Both the position numbers and the translations under genes were made by a program. From Oopsacas minuta (Eukaryota; Animalia; Porifera), in contig JAKMXF010000321.1 of NCBI GenBank assembly GCA_024704765.1, forward strand, positions 1-64,000: a DNA stretch of 64,000 nt, in the 5' to 3' direction. Each line of letters opens with the position of its first letter. Position 1 is the stretch's first letter. The notes below the pieces were generated by a model. It had not been told where the DNA came from. It did not search any database and saw nothing but the letters and a program-made list of their open reading frames with translations. Below are positions 14,116-27,345 of this stretch, piece by piece.

Positions 14116-15001
14116 TTAATTTAATTAAGGACTGATACGAAGGTGTTTGGGATGTTAGGAATTCCAATTTGCTAGAATTAAGCGATTATGTTTGTGGAAA
14201 TTGTGAGATATTTTATATAAATAATCAAATATGTCAGCTGACAAACTGGTAGCGTAGTTTAGGTGTCACAATATGATTAAATATATAAGTATAAGATGGA
14301 ATTCTATGCACACGATTACCCGGATAACCGTTCAAACCAAATCTATAATCCTTTGAAATTATTTGCCAAAAGGTGTGAAAAATAGATTAATCATATGATA
14401 AATATTGATATACACAAAGAGCGCAATAGAGGCATAAATATACAATGAACCAGGGATGAGGTTGATCCAAAGAATAAGAATTTATACACAGAAGCTACTC
14501 ATATATTTTGTATTAGCTCCATAGGACTGTAACCAAACGCAGGACTTGAGTTCTTCCCAGAACCCCCCGCCTATGCTTGGATAATATGAGAGGACAGAAT
14601 AATCAGAGAAGAATGAAACTATGAAGTTTGTGTTTCGGTTTAGTGAATTTATAATAAACAAGGCAGTACTAACAGGAAGATCAATAAATTTGAATAAATC
14701 TCCTTGCTACTGCCTTGAATAATAGCAGACACAAATCCAGGAAAGTGTTAGGTATATAATATAAAACAAAGGGTGACTGTATGCCATGAACTATGAATTG
14801 ACTTGAATAATAGAATACACAAATCAAATAGTGGAATAAACGACACATTTAGTAGCAAATATAAATATAATGCATGACAACCAAATGGTTGCTAGGAATG
14901 GAATTATAATTAAACTCACCCAATATTAGAAATAATATAACTCTTAAACCTGAGAAGTCTTATATTTATGGAATTGTTAATTAGATTAGTTCCAATTGAA
15001 A

Positions 15002-15982
15002 ATGAACTCAACCTGTATATTCACAGAAGAGGGGTACTGCATAGCTCTAGAGGTGATAAGAAGAATGATTGGTACCATATCGGTCCTGTCTAGCATATTT
15101 ATTCTCGGATTAATCTTTCAATTCAGGAGATATGAATTCACTTCACAGAGACTTATCATGTACTTAGTAACAGCTACACTATTTGACGCCCTGGCGTATG
15201 CAGTAGGAGGATCAGTAATCCGGACCTCTGTCCTCTGTACAATAGATGGATTCTACCTCTCTCTAGCTGACTGGGGTGTGGTGGTGTGGGTGTGTAACAT
15301 AACTGTTAATCTCTTCTGGAATGTGGTAGTCCTCAGACCCACCAATCGTTACTTTGAAGTATTCTACATTTGTTCAGGGATAGTTGTGCCAATATTCTTT
15401 GGAATATTTCCATTCATCGATAATTCGTACGGACCAGCGGGTCAATGGTGTTGGATATTAGGGACAACTACTACAGGACAGATTTTAAGATTCCTCACAT
15501 GGTATATTCCTATATGGCTAATTATTCCGGGATTATTCATAGTATTCTTGGTTATCATAATCAAGCTGTCCTGGGAGGTTAGGAGATGGGATCCTTATAA
15601 CCCTGCCTCTGACAGATACAGAGATCTAATCCGTAGGGAGATCAAACCTCTGATCCTCTACCCTCTGGTCTTCCTTCTCCTAAATGTGTTCCCCTCCATT
15701 AACAGGATACAGAATGCTATAGCCCCTGACAACCCAATATTTACACTATATATCCTACATTCCTTTAGTAGTCCGTTGCTAGGGGCAGGCTGTACACTAA
15801 TTTTCGTTGTGAACAGAGATACTTTGAAGGAACTAAAGTGGTCCAATTTCAGACAGACTCTGCTGACTAGGTTTAACTCACGCGGGAAAGTTATGGAGTT
15901 TAACGCAGAGGGAGATGTCGTAGAGAGAGACCACTCAGTGGAGATTAGCACCCCTGGGAGCTCTCCCTATACCAAGTTCTAA
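15002..15982 (+). CDS. Single-exon cAMP-receptor-like 7TM receptor, copy 2 (tandem paralog, offset 1882 bp)
   Basis: Near-identical to copy 1 through TM6/TM7, with a divergent C-terminal tail. Confidence 0.85.
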   Translation: MNSTCIFTEEGYCIALEVIRRMIGTISVLSSIFILGLIFQFRRYEFTSQRLIMYLVTATLFDALAYAVGGSVIRTSVLCTIDGFYLSLADWGVVVWVCNITVNLFWNVVVLRPTNRYFEVFYICSGIVVPIFFGIFPFIDNSYGPAGQWCWILGTTTTGQILRFLTWYIPIWLIIPGLFIVFLVIIIKLSWEVRRWDPYNPASDRYRDLIRREIKPLILYPLVFLLLNVFPSINRIQNAIAPDNPIFTLYILHSFSSPLLGAGCTLIFVVNRDTLKELKWSNFRQTLLTRFNSRGKVMEFNAEGDVVERDHSVEISTPGSSPYTKF

Positions 15983-16206
15983 CGAACAGCTGATTCGTGA
16001 ATTATAATATTAAATTTACATAAATTCTTACCTCTTTTTGTTGTTATTTGTGATAATTCTAGAATTCAGTTTGTTTGTTAATGTAAATTCTGTCATAAGT
16101 TATGAGATAAAATAGAAATAAAATGAAACCATAATTGAAACTGAAACCATAAGGCCTATTAATAATCAGCCACCATAGAATAACGCATTCTGATTGGTTA
16201 GTTAGA

Positions 16207-19076
16207 ATGATCAATAAGATAAGAGAAGTGGGAGGTAAGCTTAAAGAGCGCAGCCAATCAATTCTCTCCCTTTCAGGATCAGAAAGTGGCGCCTCCTACC
16301 ATGGTTACGGATTCCTTTGTCCGGAATGTAAACAGAGCTTCCCAGAGTCTGAGACTCTTCAATCTCATTGGCTAGCTTGTATGAGTAAGGATTGCGACAC
16401 ATTTGTGCCACAAAATGACACTTTAGGTAAAGAATAACTCTGTGAATTGATTGGTTAATAATATTCGTGTTGTAGATATGGAAAATATGGAAATCGAAGA
16501 CATAAAAGATTTGTTGACACAAACAAGAAAAGAAAATAAAATATTACATCACAATAATCAGGAAATAATCAGGAAATCGGGCGCCATTTGTTCAGAAGTG
16601 GCACGGTTACAGAACCAATTAGAAGATGAGACACTTAAGAGTACAAGTTTACAAGAAATGAGTGTAGTTCTACAAGAAACATATCTAGCACAGGTTAGAA
16701 CATTCCTTACACATAGAATCGTAGTTAGGGAGTTATTAACAGGTTAAAAGGAATGAGGAGTTCTGTCAGCTGTTGGAGCAGCGGAGCATGGAGAGTCCTG
16801 ATGATGTACATGTCCTCACCAAGGAGTTGTCACGTCTCCATGCCACATTATCTGAGAAGGAGGCTGAATGGGAGAGTAGAGCTGACAGCCAATCAGATCA
16901 CCGTATTCAGGTATGTAATTACAGTAGATAAATTGAAAAAAGAATAATATCGTGAGGTGTGAATATTTATAACAGCTGATCTTATAAAAATATCCACTGT
17001 ACATATGTTCTTATAACTTGTACCCACTATACACTGCTAGATTGAGAGGTGTCAGAGAGCTTTGACAGATAAACAGCTGGAGGTAGGTAAACTGACCAAT
17101 CAGATTAAAGAACTGGTTACTGCTAGTAATCAGCTGACTGAACAGCTGACCAATCAAAAAGCAGAGACAAACAAACTAATAATGGAGAAAGAATTCAACC
17201 AAACAAATGTTCAGATATCTGATCAGCTGGAGAGGTGTTTGGCGGCTGTATCAGCCGATAAACAGGAAATATTTGAGAAAATAGGAACTGAGGCATTGAG
17301 TGGCGCGTTAAGTGACAGAATGGTACAACAGATCCAATCAGATTTGAGTGAATCTAGAATGCTAACACAGCTGGAAAGAGAATCAGCTGATCAGAGAGAA
17401 CAACAGCTGATTGATCGACAAACTAATGAGACTAGAGAGAGAGAAATACAGCTGACAGAACTAAGGAATAAGAATGAAACTCTGAGAGAAGGTAAATATC
17501 TAAAAAAAGAATATATAGTTTTGAGTATATATGTTGCTAGGGAATGAACAGCTGAGAATTGAGGTGTTAACGAGTAAACAAAGAGAAACAGAATTGACCA
17601 ATCAAATACAAGTACTGAGAGAGGAACAGACCAATCAGCTTACAGCATCCAATCAGAAATCAGCTCATCAACAGGTTAGCTAATTAATAAACTAACCAAT
17701 CATATATCAGTTCTATTTATAGAAACTACTGACAGAATTAACAGCTGATAAACAGCTGATTGAGAATAAACTAGCTCAAGAACAGAGCAAGAGCAGAGAT
17801 CTAGAGGTAACCAATCAGATTATGTCGTATATTAGGAGCTGATTAACAGCTGTTTGTAGTTAGAGCTAGAAACAGCGCGAACAGACTTCATAGAATTAAA
17901 CCGATTGATTGATGAGAAAGAGCGGGAATTAGAGAGGACCATTTCCAGAGCCCAAAAATCTGAAGAGGACCTGAATAACACATTAGAACTAAAGAAGTCT
18001 CTGTCTAATCAGATTCTAGAGATGGATTGTGTAACCCAGGAGCTGAGAGATCAGCTGGAAGCTAAGAATAACAGCTGTTCAGAGCAGGAGAAGGAAATTG
18101 ATAGGCTTATAGAGCTAACCAATCAAATGTCAGAGCAGCTGGAGGCTGGGAGAGATGAAATAAAGAAACAAACAGAGGAACATGAAAGTGTTAAGTCACT
18201 ATTAATAGAACAGAAACTGGAATTACAGAATAGAATATCATTGGTTGAAAATTTGTGCGAGGGATTAGAATCACAGCTGACTACTGAGAAGAAAGAGAAA
18301 GCAATCCGATTGGCTAATCTGCAAAAAGAATTACAGCAGTCTCAAGATACAGCAGATAAATTAAACAACCAATCAAATGCTCTGAAAGAGGCGCTAGAAA
18401 AAGAGAAGACACTCAGTCAACTGACTAGAACTAATCTACAACAGGACATAAGGTAACCAATCAGCTGTATTGTATAATTTCCTTAATATGAATATATTGG
18501 TGTTCGTATTCACGAGGTTACACTGTAATTAGCTCGCTACGTGATGACGTCAGAGCTGGAGAGGTCAAGAGGACAGATCTCCAGGATAAATTGGATTCTC
18601 AGTTCGGACGTATGGCAGTGTTAGACGCTAAGTTACAGAGTATGAGAGAGGAGAACCAAGATTTGATTGGTCAACAGATACAGAGAGATGAGAGTATTGA
18701 AGAGTATAAACAGAAAATACACAAATTAGAAGTAAACAATTAAATAATAAACAAAACCAGCTGATTGTTACTAATTTAATTAATTATATAGATAGAGCTA
18801 GGAGACACAAAAAGTGCACTATACGAGTTGGCACAAGAGAACCAGAAACAGGCGATAAAAGAAGCGCGGATAGCAGACCGGAAGTGGCAGGAAGACACAC
18901 TTGCTGTGTCCTGTAATGAGTGTCACAAAAAGTTTTCACTGTCTATAAGAAAGCACCACTGCCGTGGATGCGGACAGATTTACTGTCAAGATTGTACCCA
19001 GAAGCAAGCTGACCTTCCTGGTTACAAAACCAGGGTTAGGGTATGTGAGAACTGTTACAAGGAAAGATATAATTAA
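16207..19076 (+). CDS. EEA1: EEA1-like endosomal tether: C2H2 zinc finger, long coiled coil, C-terminal FYVE; about 9 exons
   Basis: GFLCPECKQSF..LQSHW at the N-terminus, heptad-rich exons that splice in frame, and RKWQED..CNEC..KFSLSIRKHHCRGCGQIYC..RVRVCENCY. Confidence 0.85.
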
Positions 19077-19206
19077 ACTGTATATTATATGAATATGGAA
19101 CTGAAACTAACTATATAGTACTGGTTATAGGGAATAGAATGACCAATCAGATATCGGGTAACGGTCTGGTATAAATAGGGTAAAATACAAAAATAATAAA
19201 ATTAAA

Positions 19207-22200
19207 ATGAACTCACAGACCGTTTATGAAGAGATAGTGTTACCCACTAGAGAGTACAGAGAGTACAATCCGAGCAGAGAGACCCGGGAGTCCAATAATC
19301 CTGTCCTCAGAGACAACTTCACACCTAAAGATAATAAATCAAACAATAAAGTATTGAATTATCCAGAAATAGAGATTGTTAAGAAAAATGAATTCACACA
19401 GATTTATAAACCAAACTCAAAAGAACCATTACCAGAACCAAGAGAGCCAGTTCCGGAACCTATACAAGAACCAGCTGTTGAGGAACAGAAGGTGTTAATG
19501 AGGAAATCCCGCACTTTAGAACACAAACAGCTGGGGAATAGGCGGTCATCTGTGAGGAATATAACTCAAATATTCGAGGAAAAGACAGCTCAGAAATCAA
19601 AGTCTTTTACATTAAATAGAATTTCTAATAAAGATAAAAACAGACGGACTTCTGTCAGAGAATTCGCTAGACTATTTGACTCTATGGCACAGGATAATTG
19701 TACAGATCAGCTGATTAACACCTCATTAACAAGAAGTACATCTTATCATAAGTAAGTAACAGTGGCATACAGTATATACCGGTTCTCATATATTCCTGTA
19801 TATTTATACCGGTTGTTGGTGTTCATATAATCTGTACTATAATGCATTGTTCTTATAGGAAGCAGGATATAATGAGGACAGCTACAAACTATATCAACTT
19901 TGAGACAGTTTATTCAGGACCCTCCTCCGCTAGAGATTCTCCTCAGCTGTATATGAACATATCTCCATCTTCCCCGCTCAAAACAAGTACCAGTAACTAT
20001 GAAAACTGGACCATACGGGAGAACAGTCCCACTTATGGAAATATTTCCCCGCCTAAACGCTATACTCCGTCATTAGGTGATCCATATGGTAAGTGACATA
20101 AAAATATGTAATATGAATAAATGAATGACAACATTCCATTGTAGAAGAAGTGTTTCCAATGAAATACAAGAAAATACCAGAAACCGGCGAAATAGTAAAA
20201 TCAAATTCCAATTATACATTCTCAATGGATTCCATGAGTCCTGTACCAACCAATCATTATAGAGCTTTATCACAGTCATCTCTACTACAAGAGTTAACCT
20301 ATCCAAAGCTAGAGCAAGTAGGATCAGCTGAGAGACAAGAACCAGAATTCAAGAAGCCACGAGCTGAAACAATAGCAACCATTAGAATGGAGGAGAGTCA
20401 AACAGCTGTAGGTAAATTTCCTGTCACATTCCATCGCACAGAACTAGCGGATTCTTACGGTTACAACTCATCCAATCAGATATCAGGATTACTAATGACT
20501 GTGTATAGGACACATGTGAACTTTACTGGAGATTATTTGGGGAAATTACCCGCCAATATTATGCTAATGGACATATTAATGTTCCAACAGGACCCAGAGG
20601 ACAACCGGCTCCTTAATCTTATTGTTAAGACAGGGAATGAATTCCAATCTCACATATTCTCGTCTCCTAGCAACCAAATAGATGATGTACTAGCTTGTTT
20701 GCGAGAGGCAGTTTCTGAAGAAAAGGTAAGTCATGTGTTTCTTAAAATTATTCTTTTAATATGGAACTAACACCTGTAGACCTCATCCTTACAAAGTTCA
20801 GATTCAGAAGAGTACTTCGCACTTCTCCTGGGATGTATACCTGTCACTTCTGCCACTGGCAAAGTGGCACAAGGAGTGGAGAAAATATTTGCGACACATA
20901 AACTCAGCCAATCCGTACAAGTCAGACTAGACGTGAGAGATGGTAAGAAATTAGCCAATAGAATACGCGGAATTAGTGAATAAACAGCTGGGAAATGCGA
21001 ATAATTCAAAAATGGTTAGAGAATATTGGTTCTATCATAGCAACGTAAAGTTATAGAAGGAATGGGATCTTATAAACACATATTTTTTCATGATGAAAGC
21101 AAATTTATTCAGAATTCCTTAATGAAACTAATCGGATTAGTGCGAAAGTTAGTACTTAAACCATTTCTCTAAAATAATTAAACATTTCTGACAAATATGA
21201 AGTCACTTACATGGCAACAGGACACACACAAAGGAATTTCTAATTAGAAATAATTTAGAGAGATAGCACAATCATATTTTAGGCGGGCTATAAAGGAAGG
21301 AATTTGATTGGATGAATAAATTACTAGAAAAGGCAATAATTGATTGGTTGGGTAATATTTCTAAAAATATATTTATTATTTAATTTTGTAAAAAATCATT
21401 TCTATAACAAACAAACTAAGGAATGTAACTAAAAGGAGTAAAATAATATTCTATGAATAAATATAAATTGGAATCTGTACTGACACCAAAATATATTGAA
21501 TGTGACACAAAATTGGAGTAACTAACAGTGTCGATCTATAGAGGTGTCAGATCGGATACCCCGTCACCCAAGAAATGAGATATTAAATTAACCTCAGAAT
21601 GTATGTAAGAGTGTCACTTAAAAGAATGTGTTGACCAGATTCTAATTTTAGAATTTATGAATATAATGCAATAATTCCATCGCTAAAAAATAGATAATCA
21701 GACGCTTACTCCACCAATCAGATGTTAGGAAAATGGATTCATAATTCTATAGATTCGAGCTTTAACATAGGTGAATATTAGGTGTTATAATTGTGTCCAT
21801 CTAGGATTAATAATGTATCCATTCGGGCGCTCACAGAGCTTATGTGCGTACAAACATGAACAGGTTAAAGGTGTCGCTGTCTGGGAGAAGGACTCAAGGG
21901 TGCTTGGAATTGTTACACAAATAAAGGCGAGTAAATTCATATGTTATGCAGTGAGGTTCAATCGAACCAATCAACTGCAATCAGCCTTCACAAGTATTCG
22001 ACACTATTGTAAAGGAGAAGTGGCAGAGGAAAAAAAGAAAAATGTAAGTAACCGACAATATTGACACCTCTAGAATGTGACACATTTTGACATAATTTGA
22101 ATATAGGCTTGGTATATGAACTTAATTTCAAAATCTAAAATCAAATCTCAAAGCAACTCAGAAGGAAATTCCAGATCCTCTACCCCCGTCGATCAAATAG

Positions 22201-22592
22201 ACCCCGACACTTTCACACTTCTATATCTGGGTACTACACAAACTGACTACCGAAACTTTTCTCCGGAATGCATACTACATGAACATAGCAACCTAATAGA
22301 AGGAAAGAATGTGTTAGAAATGGTAGCACCAGCTCCTACAACTATCTTGAATGTATTGGACAATTCTCTGAGACTTACGGACAGAGATAAGGTCCACTTT
22401 AGGAAGAGAGTCTATCAGAGACGAATGGTGGTGGCGTGTCTAGCTGCTACCGGAAGTGACAATCTTATCGGTCTAGTGACAGAGCGACCCGGAACTAACG
22501 ATCTTAAATGCTCCATATTCAGACCTCTCTTCTCAGAAGCGGGACAGGTCGCACAACACGTCACTAACAAACTGAAACTAACTGAATTTTAG
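19207..22592 (+). CDS. Multi-PTB-domain docking/adaptor protein with a cluster of YxN motifs; about 6 exons
   Basis: Spliced exons give a PH/PTB-like unit (20400-20725), a PID-type unit (YFALLLGCIPV..VRLDVRDG-LIMY..RVLGIVTQ..FICYAV) and a third unit (FTLLYLGTTQ..LIGLVTERP..LKCSIF). Ends LTEF*. Confidence 0.65.
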
Positions 22593-22935
22593 TTCTATAT
22601 TACTTATACATTCTGTAAATTACTATATTTGATATCAAAAACTGACAAATAGAATTACTTAGCAACAACACAGCTGCAAATCATTGTTGTGTTAACCAAT
22701 CAAAATAGAGCTCTATAACCTATGACCGGAACATGTGACTTTAAATGGTTTTTTAAACATTCCTATTTACATACTTTGTAACCATGAAAAGGTTATTGTA
22801 ACACAATTGACCAGTCAATGAGAAGCTATTTTATGCTATTCACAGGTTTGAGGTCCAATTTATTGAAAGAGGAACAGCTGTTTCATAAGTGTATATAAAT
22901 GACAGAAATATGGTTGATGGCTCAAATACTGAATT

Positions 22936-23817
22936 ATGGAATTCATAAACATATTATCACTTGCATTCCTTATCTCCGCTATTGGTTGCTATGCAGAGCT
23001 GAGCTATAATTGCAGCAAAAATAGAATATTTCTGACAGAAGAATTCTCACTCTATTACGACACAATAAACCCAATCCACGAGGTGTTAATCCAAACCTCC
23101 CTCCATCAGCTGAGGAGAGATATAGGAGAGGGGGCTAAAGTGACACGTGTGGACAGGGGACACAATTCTGACCTCCAGGACGGTCAGATAAGACCTAAAC
23201 CTAAGCCTAAACCAATAGCAACAACTAAACACCATCATCCCAATACTAAACAGCATCCAACGACTAAATCCACTCCAAATCCAGAACCACATCCAGTCAC
23301 AACTTCAGCCAACCCAGAACCACATGCAGAGACAACAACAACAGCTGATAGTATAAGTACTACTCCAAGACCTGTACCTGTTAGAACAACAACAACACCA
23401 GAAGGAAGGAGGACAACAACACCTGAAGGGAGAAGGACAACACAAACAACAACACCTGAAGGAAGGAGAACTACACAAACAACAACAACAACACCTGAAG
23501 GAAGGAGAACAACACCAACAACAACACCCGAGCAGAGAAGAACAACACCGCCAGTTACAACAACACCTCCACCATCACAACCAATAGTAATAGACCTTGA
23601 AGTAGAAGTAGAAATGGGGAGAGGAAGCTCATTGGTCCTCTCAATTGACACCCAAGGAAAATATGTAAACGATTTCCTTCTAGTGATTGGTCAGCCGATT
23701 ACCCGCCTAACAGCTAACAGCCTTTTAGGCGCCATAAAAGGTCTGGAGGTGTTGGGACAGCTGATGGGAACCAATCAAAAAGGGGACCGTTACCTCAGAG
23801 AATGTACAGTATTCTAA
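22936..23817 (+). CDS. Secreted protein resembling the beta-hexosaminidase (GH20) N-terminal domain with a Thr/Pro mucin-like insert and no catalytic domain
   Basis: Signal peptide MEFINILSLAFLISAIG. RLTANSLLGAIKGLEVLGQL resembles the HEXA/B L.SETVWGALRGLETFSQL motif. The stop falls just before where DFPRF/HRG would start. Confidence 0.6.
   Translation: MEFINILSLAFLISAIGCYAELSYNCSKNRIFLTEEFSLYYDTINPIHEVLIQTSLHQLRRDIGEGAKVTRVDRGHNSDLQDGQIRPKPKPKPIATTKHHHPNTKQHPTTKSTPNPEPHPVTTSANPEPHAETTTTADSISTTPRPVPVRTTTTPEGRRTTTPEGRRTTQTTTPEGRRTTQTTTTTPEGRRTTPTTTPEQRRTTPPVTTTPPPSQPIVIDLEVEVEMGRGSSLVLSIDTQGKYVNDFLLVIGQPITRLTANSLLGAIKGLEVLGQLMGTNQKGDRYLRECTVF
23385..23570 (+). repeat. Coding repeat (TTTPEGRR)n, about 5 units
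   Basis: acaacaacacc(a/t)gaagg(a/g)ag(g/a).. iterated. Confidence 0.85.
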
Positions 23818-23905
23818 CTGACCAATCAAAGACTGTGTGTGATAGTTTAATAATAATAATGATAATATTTATATAATAATACTGACATTTGATTGGTTAA
23901 TAATA

Positions 23906-25484
23906 TCACTCTATTCTATTATATTCTCTGTAATCAAAGGAATCCTCCAGCTCTGTTTTAGTTCCTATTCTGGTTCCAATTGGTCGGTAGCATATACTCA
24001 AACAAAACACGAATCCATCCTAAACCAATAAATTTAAATATTATTAAATAAATAAATCATCTTCCGTTCTGATAGTGTTTCCAATCTGGAATAACTTCCG
24101 ACAAACAAATACAAAATATTCCAATGAGTATTAGTACTGTAATTTGATACAAGCGGGATTGAATGTTTGTAATGAATTTCTAAAGACACTTACCCTGAAT
24201 AGGAAAGGTGTTTCCACCCAGAAATGGTAATTAGGGAATATTTCAAATCCTCTCTTCTTTAGCCAGAAAGCATTTATATAAACACCAACAAATAGATACA
24301 GTATAGAGTATGAAAACAATCTAAACAATAACAAAATAGAATTATAAACACATGAATTAACCAGGGATATATTCTTGTTATAAGAACCATGAATGGAATA
24401 TAGCTATGGACCAGGGACAATATTCCTAATAGTTATACGAAATTCTTAATTAACTGATATGATCCATGGTCTGCTCTAAGCACCTGTCCTAGAGTGCATA
24501 ATCATATAACATATTATACTCTTGTAGTTAAGAATGAATAACTTCGTTAGAACGAGAGTTTACTTTATAATATCCATGGTCCATACTATAGTAATGTCTA
24601 GCTATAATACTATACATAGATAATATCCATGGTTAATTGGTTAACACTTACACTAGCAGTACTCCTAGACCTATAGAGAACTCCAGCTGTTCTACCTCCC
24701 TCGGACAAGCATACTTAGATGTTAGTATAAAGTTCTATAAATAGTAACAATAATACTAATCTAATAATAGATATATATGTAACTAACGTATGTAAGTGTT
24801 GGGAATTCTCCAAGAGCAATCAGCTGACTATCTATACTGTAGTTACAGTTAACCTCCAGTTTAGTCAGTCTATAGGACACAATTATTATACATAAAGTGG
24901 CACAAATGTGGCACAAACCTGTACTCCTCTCTGCCATCGTCAAACTCTCCCTTAGAGAAGTCCAAAAGTAGAGAAATAGGAGAAATTGATTGGACACTAA
25001 ACTCAGCAGTTGATTGGTTAGCACAACTGGTGAATACAGGCTCTTCTGTTATTGATTTGTTTGGTTGAATTTGACAAATCTAACAACAGCTGATTAATTA
25101 TGTCAGTTAGTTAGTTCCTTTTGGAACTAACTTACCGCTACATGGTTCTGTGCGTCACATGTACCTCTGTCTGCCCCCAGGTCCCCAGGTACACACGGGA
25201 AGTACCGATATACGTACCCAGAGGAATCTGAAGCACTCAATGACCTATAAGATCATATTAATAGGAATATAGGTATCAGTTCGGTGTTAATCATATCCTC
25301 ACCTGTCTTGAAGAGGAGAGAGATCAATCAGTCCTATTTCTCCGCCTAAACCTACCAGTTTACAGGAACAAGAACTAACTTTCAAACAGCTGTACTCCCC
25401 TAGGCCTGAACAGCCAATCAAAATCAAGAGTGACGTCACAATAATAATCGTGATTAATTCACCGCGCATAATTCCGCAATCCAA
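23906..25484 (-). CDS. MRH-domain type I membrane protein, cation-dependent M6P receptor / ATG27-like; at least 6 small exons
   Basis: Signal peptide, YVYRYFPC, RLTKLEVNC, FILTSKYACP, TM, then KRGFEIFPNYHFWVETPFLFR-DGFVF (last exon 24019-23906). The tail ends YNRIE* (YxxI sorting signal). Confidence 0.8.
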
Positions 25485-26237
25485 TCATTCTATTGGCTGA
25501 TCAGCTGTTCTTATTTCTTACCACACTGTACATACTAAGAAGTCTGTTAAGTTTAGGAATAATGCGAGGCCCGCGAATATCAATTCTACTCATGACCTGT
25601 ATAGTAATGGGTTCAACCAATCAAATGATAGCGTTATATCAATATTATTAACCAATAGGAATTCGGATGATTAACAGAGGATTTAGCTCAGACATACAAA
25701 ATATTTTATCTACATATTTGGTGCGTTTTCCATAGCAACGACTATACGAGGAATACTTAACAATGAATAAATCAATGAACCAATGGTTGAGCAGCTTTTG
25801 ATTCAATGAATTACCAATTAAATCATTAGACGCGCCTAAAACAAGGAAAATCTTTGAACTTTTTGAGAGAAAAATTTTGAAAAGAAAAGGAAAAATCAAT
25901 AAATGAGTAATTCCAAGGATCTGACTGATTAAGACAAATAATCAAACAACTGAACTATTCGTGGTTTACTGGCCGGTCAAATGTTGGTCTAATTTGGCGC
26001 CTAAAATATTTGAAGCCACAATTTGTAACGCAAAAAGAACTGAAAATGCTAATTATTGCTAACAAAAAAGGTGCGAACTATTCTTGTCAATGAATGAAGA
26101 AATCGCAGAATTAAATACCAAAAATGGTTGGATTATAATTCTATTAATAATTGGCTTCATAATTAGAACTGAGTTGTATCTCAACGCTGATTGGTCAGTT
26201 AAATCAGAGATAAATACTAATCAATGATTGGACAAAT

Positions 26238-27297
26238 TCATAAAGCCCTCCCTTCCATAGCAACGCTGTCTCTGGCTTCTTGGAATGCACCTATCATCCC
26301 TGACAGCTGTAACTTCTCATTCCCGCCACCAGAAGTGGCATATTCTATGTCACTTAATCGACCAATCAATTTAGCTTTGATTTTATCTGGCATTTCTATT
26401 TTTAGTAACAACAGGTGTGATTCAGTTAAAATATCAGAAAGAGCCAATCCTCTGTCAGAACGGACCTGTGATAAGTGGTTCAGACAGTGACAGAATGTGT
26501 CGTTAAGCATTGAGGACACAATTCCCTCAATTTCTATTGGTTGAGGCTGTCCTGTACATGAGTAGACAGCTGATTGGTCAACTGATTCGTGAGCTAAGTG
26601 ACTGGCTTGCAAGGTGTTAAGTGCCCGTCTCATGTCTCCATGTGACAATCTTAAAATAGCCTCCAAACCTATACAAATATACAATAAAATGTGTCAATAA
26701 ACCACCCAGCCACTTCACACCTGAGTCTGGGAGAGGTATGTCCTCCTTCTCTGCCACACTCCTGACACATCTGACCATGAGCTCGGGGTCCAGAGGTCCA
26801 AATCTGAATCTGGTACATCTGGATTGTATCGCAGGGATAATTCTATGTAAGCTATTACAAATCAAACAGAATCTAACATTTTCTGTAAATTTCTCTAAAA
26901 TCCTTCTCAAAGCATTTTGTGCATCTTTTGTCATAGCATCGGCTTCATCAAGGATTATCAATTTGAAACCGGAACTAAAGATAGTTCGCGTACTAGCAAA
27001 GTTAAGGATAGGTCCTCGGACAGTTCCAATACCCCTGTCATCAGAAGCGTTTAGTTCCAATACCATGGAACTGAATTCTTTTGATTTATATAGTCTCTTG
27101 GCACATGCAAGGACCGTAGAGGTCTTGCCTGTACCAGGTGGTCCGTAGAAGAGGAGGTGAGGTAACATTCCTTGTGATAAGAACGTATCCAGGGTACGCA
27201 CTATCTCTTCATGTGACACAATCTCGTCTAAAGAGGAGGGTCGATATTTCTCTACCCATGGGACGTTAATATGCGCTAATTTAGCTTCCCCGCTCAT
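26238..27297 (-). CDS. RFC5: Replication factor C subunit 5 (yeast Rfc3 orthologue); intron 26720-26669
   Basis: PWVEKYRP, PHLLFYGPPGTGKTS, VLELNASDDRGI, LIILDEADAMT, IQSRCTRFRFGPL, GDMRRALN. Confidence 0.95.
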
Positions 27298-27315
27298 TTC
27301 TAAGAAATATACATA

Positions 27316-27345
27316 TTTCCCGCGTAAAGTTAGCCATCTGATTGG
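27316..27345. promoter_or_regulatory. E2F site (TTTCCCGC) plus CCAAT box immediately upstream of RFC5
   Basis: TTTCCCGCG at 27316-27324, 19 bp from the ATG, followed by CTGATTGG. This is the classic G1/S promoter pair. Confidence 0.55.

Noticed and set aside
13776-15951. Antisense ORFs over both GPCRs (and similar shadow ORFs over RFC5, PTPs and TRIM-NHL)
   Set aside because: Reverse-frame by-products of real CDSs, with no independent coding signal.
23810-23905. Splicing of the hexosaminidase-like gene to a catalytic exon
   Set aside because: No plus-strand GH20 catalytic sequence (DxPRF/HRG) is visible downstream in the window.
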